A stretch of DNA of 24,108 bases from a candidate division WOR-3 bacterium (GTDB lineage Bacteria; Hydrothermota; Tepidihabitantia; Tepidihabitantales; Tepidihabitantaceae), in assembly GCA_965648935.1 (NCBI GenBank), contig CBFGIY010000035.1, forward strand, positions 1 through 24,108, read 5' to 3'. The notes below the pieces were generated by a model. It searched no databases, was not told where the DNA came from, and was given only the letters and a program-made list of their open reading frames with translations. A program made the translations under genes and the position numbers. Positions 19,319-24,108 of the stretch are shown piece by piece. The first letter of the stretch is position 1. Each line of letters starts with the position of its first letter.

Positions 19319-20227
19319 TCAGTCCAGCAGCGCGCCGACCCACCTGTTGTGGACGATGACCTCGCGGTTCCACAGCACGCCAGCCACGCGCACGCCCTCG
19401 ATGCGTTCCAGGGTCGCGGCCGCGTCCATCAGCCTGCCCAGACCCCAGACATCGGCCTCGACCTGAACGCAGCGCTCGCGGAACGGTTTGCCGCCGAACA
19501 CGAGCCGGAACCCTGCTTCCTCGACGACGCGCCTGAGACCGTCGCCGCGGTGGCCGGTCTCCAGCAGGAAATGGCAGTGGCCGAAGTTGTCGGCCCGGGA
19601 CCAGTCCAGCTCGGGCTGGACCCGGACGATGCCCGACGGGTTGAACTCGCTCCACAGCAGCCGGTCGAGCTTGGCCGATACCCAGCGCTCGTCGCGTCCG
19701 AGCCCGGCGCCGATCGCGGCGCGGTCCGACTCGGGCCGTTCGAACAGGAAGCGCAGCAGCTGCTTCTCTTCGGTTGAAAGCGGCTGGCGCACCGGGAACT
19801 CGTAGGTCGCGAGCCGGTGCACCTCGTGGTAGCCGAGACCGGTCGCGCCCGAGATGAAGCGCGACTCGGTGGCGAAGTCGCGCGAGTAGAAGAGCACAGC
19901 CAGCCCCGGGCCGGCGCCTTCGGGCAGGCAGTCGTTGAGCACGATCTCGGATACGAACGGCAGTTTCGCGGCCAGGGCGTTGGCCGGGCCCAGGGAACGC
20001 GCCGCGCTCGCCAGTACCGCGCCCAGCACCCATTCGCCGCCCAGCAGCGGCGGCACGGCCAGGGTCGTCTTCCAGCCCCGGATCAACCCGGCCGCCTGAA
20101 GCCGGGCCAGCCGCTCAAGGAACTCGGCGGGCTTGAGCCCGGCCTGGGTCAGCTCGGCTTCGAGCGCGAATCGGCCCCGCGCCTCGGCCAGGCGCACCGC
20201 GGAAACGTCATTGGGTTCGAGTATCAT
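19319..20227 (-). CDS. Protein with two tandem Lrp/AsnC-like (wHTH + RAM-like) modules
   Basis: Module 1: LEPND...ERLARLQAAGLIRGWKTTLAVPPLLG. Module 2: LSTEEKQLLRFL...RAAIGAGLGRDERWVSAKLDRL...IVRVQPELD. Confidence 0.65.
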   Translation of the reverse strand: MILEPNDVSAVRLAEARGRFALEAELTQAGLKPAEFLERLARLQAAGLIRGWKTTLAVPPLLGGEWVLGAVLASAARSLGPANALAAKLPFVSEIVLNDCLPEGAGPGLAVLFYSRDFATESRFISGATGLGYHEVHRLATYEFPVRQPLSTEEKQLLRFLFERPESDRAAIGAGLGRDERWVSAKLDRLLWSEFNPSGIVRVQPELDWSRADNFGHCHFLLETGHRGDGLRRVVEEAGFRLVFGGKPFRERCVQVEADVWGLGRLMDAAATLERIEGVRVAGVLWNREVIVHNRWVGALLD

Positions 20228-20264
20228 CCTGCGGTCAGTCGCCTTTCGTGATTCGGACCTCGCT

Positions 20265-21560
20265 TCAGTACGCGCCGCGGCGGGACAGCACCGCGGGAAT
20301 CGTCTTGAAGATTATCTTGATGTCGTCCCAGAACGTCCACTGCTGCACGTAGTGCGTGTCCAGCTCGACCCGGCTGTCATAGCTCGTTTCGGACCGCCCC
20401 GAAACCTGCCACAGACCGGTCGCGCCCGGCGGCACGCGGAACATCAACAGCGAGTAGCCCTTGTAGTATTTCACCTCGCCCTCGACGATCGGCCGCGGTC
20501 CGACAAAGCTCATCCCGCCCGAGAGGATGTTGAAGAACTGGGGCAGCTCGTCGATCGAGAACTTGCGCAGCCACCTGCCGATGCGGGTGACGCGCGGGTC
20601 GTTCTTGAGCTTGAAGTTCGTCTCGAACTCGCGCTTGAGCGCCGGGTCCGAGTCGAGCAGTGCCGCGAGCCGCTGCTCGGCGTCCTTGTGCATCGTCCGG
20701 AACTTGAGCACGAACAGGTCGCGCATGTTGCGCCCGAGCCGGCGATGGCGGAAGAACACCGGGCCCGGGCTGTCGAGCTTGATGATGATGCTGACCGCGA
20801 TGAGCAGCGGGCCGAGCAGGACGATGGCCAGCGCCGAGAGCACCAGGTCGACAATGCGCTTGAGCCGGCGGTATATGCCGTTGAGCGAATAAGCCGCCAC
20901 CGGCCGCGGATGCGGGCCGAACAGGTAGCTCGCCATCCGGAACGCCGGGATGCCGACGAAGTCGACGAAGTAGTCCTGGGACAGCCCGGCGACCGCGTAC
21001 TCGGTGCGCGGGTCGGCCGCGTCGACGAGTATGGTGCCGTACCGGGCGATGCGGCCGTGGTCGTCGGCGTTGCGCTGGAGCCAGTCGGGCAGGTCGCCGA
21101 GCGGAATGACCTCGGTGCATTCGAACCCCCACCAGCGCAGCAGCCCGATGCGGTGGGCATTGATGTCGGTGACCAGCAGGGCGGGCTGGCGGGTGATGCG
21201 GCGCAGCGCCATCCCGACCAGCGGCGCGGCAAACGACAGCCAGGCCCAGACCGCCAGCCAGAACCGCACGGTCAGGGTCTCGCACCACGGCCAGAGCGCG
21301 TGCATCGCGCCGTAGGCGACGTAGGTCATCCCGAACGCCGCCTGGGTGCGCAGGGTCAGGCCGAAGCTGCCCCGTGCCGGCGTCTCGAACTCGCCCACGA
21401 CATAGGATGCGACAGCCAGTATCGCCCAGGCGACCGCGACGCTGGTCAGCCCGCGTGACTCAGGCACGAGCAGGTTGCGCGCGAGCGTGATGACGAGCAG
21501 CAGGAAGAGCAGTTCCATCACCACGAGCCACGCCGTGTTGTTGCGCTGGTTGTCGTTCAT
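20265..21560 (-). CDS. Priming phosphoglycosyltransferase (Bac_transf, WbaP/WcaJ-like) with N-terminal TM helices
   Basis: KRIVDLVLS, KFRTM, DPRVTRIGRWLRKFSIDELPQFFNIL.GGMSFVGPRP, PGATGLWQVSGRS. Start at ATG 21560, downstream of the predicted promoter. Confidence 0.93.
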   Translation of the reverse strand: MNDNQRNNTAWLVVMELLFLLLVITLARNLLVPESRGLTSVAVAWAILAVASYVVGEFETPARGSFGLTLRTQAAFGMTYVAYGAMHALWPWCETLTVRFWLAVWAWLSFAAPLVGMALRRITRQPALLVTDINAHRIGLLRWWGFECTEVIPLGDLPDWLQRNADDHGRIARYGTILVDAADPRTEYAVAGLSQDYFVDFVGIPAFRMASYLFGPHPRPVAAYSLNGIYRRLKRIVDLVLSALAIVLLGPLLIAVSIIIKLDSPGPVFFRHRRLGRNMRDLFVLKFRTMHKDAEQRLAALLDSDPALKREFETNFKLKNDPRVTRIGRWLRKFSIDELPQFFNILSGGMSFVGPRPIVEGEVKYYKGYSLLMFRVPPGATGLWQVSGRSETSYDSRVELDTHYVQQWTFWDDIKIIFKTIPAVLSRRGAY

Positions 21561-21577
21561 CGGCAGTTGCCCTGCCG

Positions 21578-21605
21578 AGTCTAGCCCGGCGGCCCGGCCA
21601 GTCAA
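21578..21605 (-). promoter_or_regulatory. Promoter TTGACT-N16-TAGACT of the sugar transferase
   Basis: -35 at 21605-21600, -10 at 21583-21578, ATG 17 nt downstream. Confidence 0.72.
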
Positions 21606-21661
21606 GCCGCCCGGCCGGAGCACGGCGGGACCCGCAGGGCGGGCGAGACCGCAAACGGCCG

Positions 21662-21690
21662 TTGATTACCACCTGCCCGCGGGCTAGACT
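21662..21690 (+). promoter_or_regulatory. Promoter TTGATT-N17-TAGACT of uvrA, near-leaderless
   Basis: -35 at 21662-21667, -10 at 21685-21690, ATG at 21699, no SD. Confidence 0.65.
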
Positions 21691-21698
21691 GTCGGCCC

Positions 21699-24108
21699 AT
21701 GCCAGACGATGCGATTCGAATCCGCGGCGCGCGCGAGCACAACCTCAAGAACATCGACCTCGACATCCCGCGCGGCAAGCTTGTCGTGTTCACCGGGCTC
21801 TCGGGTTCGGGCAAGTCGTCGCTCGCGTTCGACACCATCTACGCCGAGGGCCAGCGCCGCTACATCGAGTCGCTCTCGGCCTATGCCCGCCAGTTTCTCG
21901 GGATGCTGGAGAAGCCGGACTGCGACTCGATAACCGGCCTGTCCCCGGCCATCGCCATCGAGCAGCGCACATCGGCGCGCAACCCGCGCTCGACCGTGGC
22001 CACGGTCACCGAGATATACGACTACCTGCGCCTGCTCTTTGCCCGGGTCGGCCGGCCGTTCTGCCCGAAGTGCGACAAGCCCATATCGTCCCAGACGAGC
22101 GACGCCATCGTCGACGCCGTGCTCGCCGAGAAGCCGGGCGCGAAGCTCGCCGTGCTCGCCCCGCTGGTGCGCGGGCGCAAGGGCGAGTACCGCGAGCTGT
22201 TCGCCCGTTATCGCCGCAGCGGCTACCTGCGGGTCCGGGTCGACGGCGAGCTTTTCGAGATTGACGCGGTCCCGACGCTCGACCGCTACAAGGCCCACAG
22301 CATCGAGCTGGTCATTGACCGGCTCGCGGTCAGGCCCGAGGCGCGCAAGCGGCTCGCCGACTCGGTCGAGCTCGCGCTGCGCGAGGGCGGCGGCCGCTGC
22401 ATCGTGACCGTCGAGGGCCGGCCCGAACGGCTGTTTTCGGCCGCGCTCGCCTGCCCGGACTGCGGTTTCTCGTTCGAGGAGATCACGCCCCGGCTGTTCT
22501 CGTTCAACTCGCCCTACGGCGCCTGCCCGGAGTGCCACGGTCTCGGCACCCGGATGGAGGTCGACCCGGACCGGCTCGTCGCCGACCCGGACCGTTCCAT
22601 CCTCGACGGCGCGCTCGCGCCCTGGGGCGAGGTCAGCGACCGGGGCGAATGGCTGCACTCGCGGCTGCGCGCGCTGGCCAAGACCCACGGGTTCCGGCTC
22701 GACACGCCCTGGCGCAGGCTGCCGGTCCGCATCCGCCGCATCGTGCTCAACGGTTCGGAAGAGGAGATGCGCGTCAGGTACGTCGGCAAGGAGCACGAGT
22801 GGACCTGGGATGCGAAATGGGAGGGCATCGTGCCCTTTCTCGAGCGCATCCACCGGCAGACCGAATCCGAGCCGCGGCGCGAGTGGGTCGAGCGCTTCAT
22901 GTCCATACTGCCCTGCCCGGCCTGCCGGGGCATGCGGCTGAAGCCCGAGGCGCTGGCCGTGCGGGTCGACGGCCGCAACATCGGCGAGCTGACCGCGCTG
23001 TCGGTCGACCGGGCGGCCGAGCACTTCGGCACCGGACTGAACCTCGAGCCGAAGGAGAGGACGATTGCCCGCGACATACTCAAGGAGCTGGGCCAGCGGC
23101 TCGGCTTCCTGCGCTCGGTCGGGCTGGGCTACCTGACGCTCGACCGCGCCGCCGAGACGCTGGGCGGCGGCGAGGCGCAGAGGGTCCGGCTCGCGACCCA
23201 GATCGGCTCCGGCCTGGTCGGGGTCTGCTACATCCTTGACGAGCCGTCCATCGGTCTGCACCAGCGCGACAACCGGATGCTGCTGGACACGCTGGTCCGG
23301 CTGCGCGACCTGGGCAACACCGTGATAGTGGTCGAGCACGACGAGGACACCATCCGCGCCGCCGACTTCGTGGTCGACCTCGGGCCGGGCGCAGGGGAGC
23401 AGGGCGGCCGCATCGTCGCGCAGGGCGCGCCCGACGACATCTGCCGGGCACAGGATTCGCTGACCGGGGCCTACCTCTCGGGCGCGCGCGCGATTGCCGT
23501 GCCGCGGGAGCGCCGCCGGCCCGGCGCCGGCCGCATCAAGGTCTTCGGCTGCCGTGAGAACAACCTGAAGAACATCGACATCGAGGTTCCGCTCGGGTTG
23601 CTGGTCTGCGTCACCGGCGTGTCCGGGTCCGGCAAGAGCACCTTCCTGTCCGACATTCTCCACCGCGCGCTCGCCCGCCACTTCCACGGCGCGCGCGACA
23701 AGCCCGGGGCCCACGACCGCATCACCGGCATCGAGCTCATTGACAAGGTCGTCAACATCGACCAGTCGCCTATCGGCCGCACCCCCCGGTCCAACCCGGC
23801 GACCTACACCGATGCCTTCGGCCCGATCCGCGCGCTCTTCGCCCAGTCAAAGGAGGCGCGGGTGCGCGGATTCAAGCCGGGCCGGTTCTCGTTCAACGTG
23901 CGCGGCGGCCGGTGCGAGGCCTGCGCCGGCGACGGCATCATCAAGGTCGAGATGCACTTCCTGCCCGATGTCTATGTCACCTGCGATGCCTGCAAGGGCC
24001 GGCGCTACAACCGCGAGACGCTGGATGTGAAGTTCAAGGGCAAGGATATCAGCGAGGTGCTGGGGATGAGCGTCGATGAGGCGCTCGGCTTCTTCGCCAA
24101 CGTGCCGG
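21699..24108 (+). CDS. uvrA: Excinuclease ABC subunit A, 3'-truncated by window end
   Basis: [25 protein letters not shown]...[23 protein letters not shown], zinc-finger CxxC pairs, [15 protein letters not shown], second Walker A GVSGSGKS. Missing from the ORF track because no stop lies in the window. Confidence 0.98.
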   Translation, partial: MPDDAIRIRGAREHNLKNIDLDIPRGKLVVFTGLSGSGKSSLAFDTIYAEGQRRYIESLSAYARQFLGMLEKPDCDSITGLSPAIAIEQRTSARNPRSTVATVTEIYDYLRLLFARVGRPFCPKCDKPISSQTSDAIVDAVLAEKPGAKLAVLAPLVRGRKGEYRELFARYRRSGYLRVRVDGELFEIDAVPTLDRYKAHSIELVIDRLAVRPEARKRLADSVELALREGGGRCIVTVEGRPERLFSAALACPDCGFSFEEITPRLFSFNSPYGACPECHGLGTRMEVDPDRLVADPDRSILDGALAPWGEVSDRGEWLHSRLRALAKTHGFRLDTPWRRLPVRIRRIVLNGSEEEMRVRYVGKEHEWTWDAKWEGIVPFLERIHRQTESEPRREWVERFMSILPCPACRGMRLKPEALAVRVDGRNIGELTALSVDRAAEHFGTGLNLEPKERTIARDILKELGQRLGFLRSVGLGYLTLDRAAETLGGGEAQRVRLATQIGSGLVGVCYILDEPSIGLHQRDNRMLLDTLVRLRDLGNTVIVVEHDEDTIRAADFVVDLGPGAGEQGGRIVAQGAPDDICRAQDSLTGAYLSGARAIAVPRERRRPGAGRIKVFGCRENNLKNIDIEVPLGLLVCVTGVSGSGKSTFLSDILHRALARHFHGARDKPGAHDRITGIELIDKVVNIDQSPIGRTPRSNPATYTDAFGPIRALFAQSKEARVRGFKPGRFSFNVRGGRCEACAGDGIIKVEMHFLPDVYVTCDACKGRRYNRETLDVKFKGKDISEVLGMSVDEALGFFANVP

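Noticed and set aside
21606..21698. SOS/LexA box upstream of uvrA
   Set aside because: No CTGT-N8-ACAG or GAAC-N4-GTTC match seen, and the lineage-specific box is unknown.
21684..23714. 676-aa minus-strand ORF
   Set aside because: Antisense shadow of uvrA, which occupies the plus strand with full motifs.

Overview
High-GC (~70%), gene-dense chromosomal region with no mobile elements, rRNA/tRNA genes or CRISPR. Gene content suggests an uncultured FCB-related lineage such as WOR-3 (inference only). Order: partial membrane protein; pepA-metal ABC ATPase-permease (minus); rpsR-rplI-DUF151 nuclease-tyrS; DUF3467-tRNA nucleotidyltransferase-M50 protease-ftsK-GNAT-like gene; GlmU-like protein-ROK kinase (minus); Ntn asparaginase (minus); a 510-bp intergenic region; yjbQ-class V aminotransferase-secreted S8 protease; priming glycosyltransferase and a duplicated Lrp/AsnC-like gene (minus); 5' part of uvrA. 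Most unusual signals: (1) a ~280-bp degenerate 12-bp-periodic array abutting two NrdR-box-like sites 32 bp apart, between two divergent promoters, with no ribonucleotide reductase gene in the window; (2) a near-consensus promoter inside ftsK just upstream of an in-frame start for the isolated gamma domain; (3) seven sigma70-type promoters with a 16-bp spacer, several giving leaderless mRNAs; (4) a probable CTG start codon for the S8 protease.
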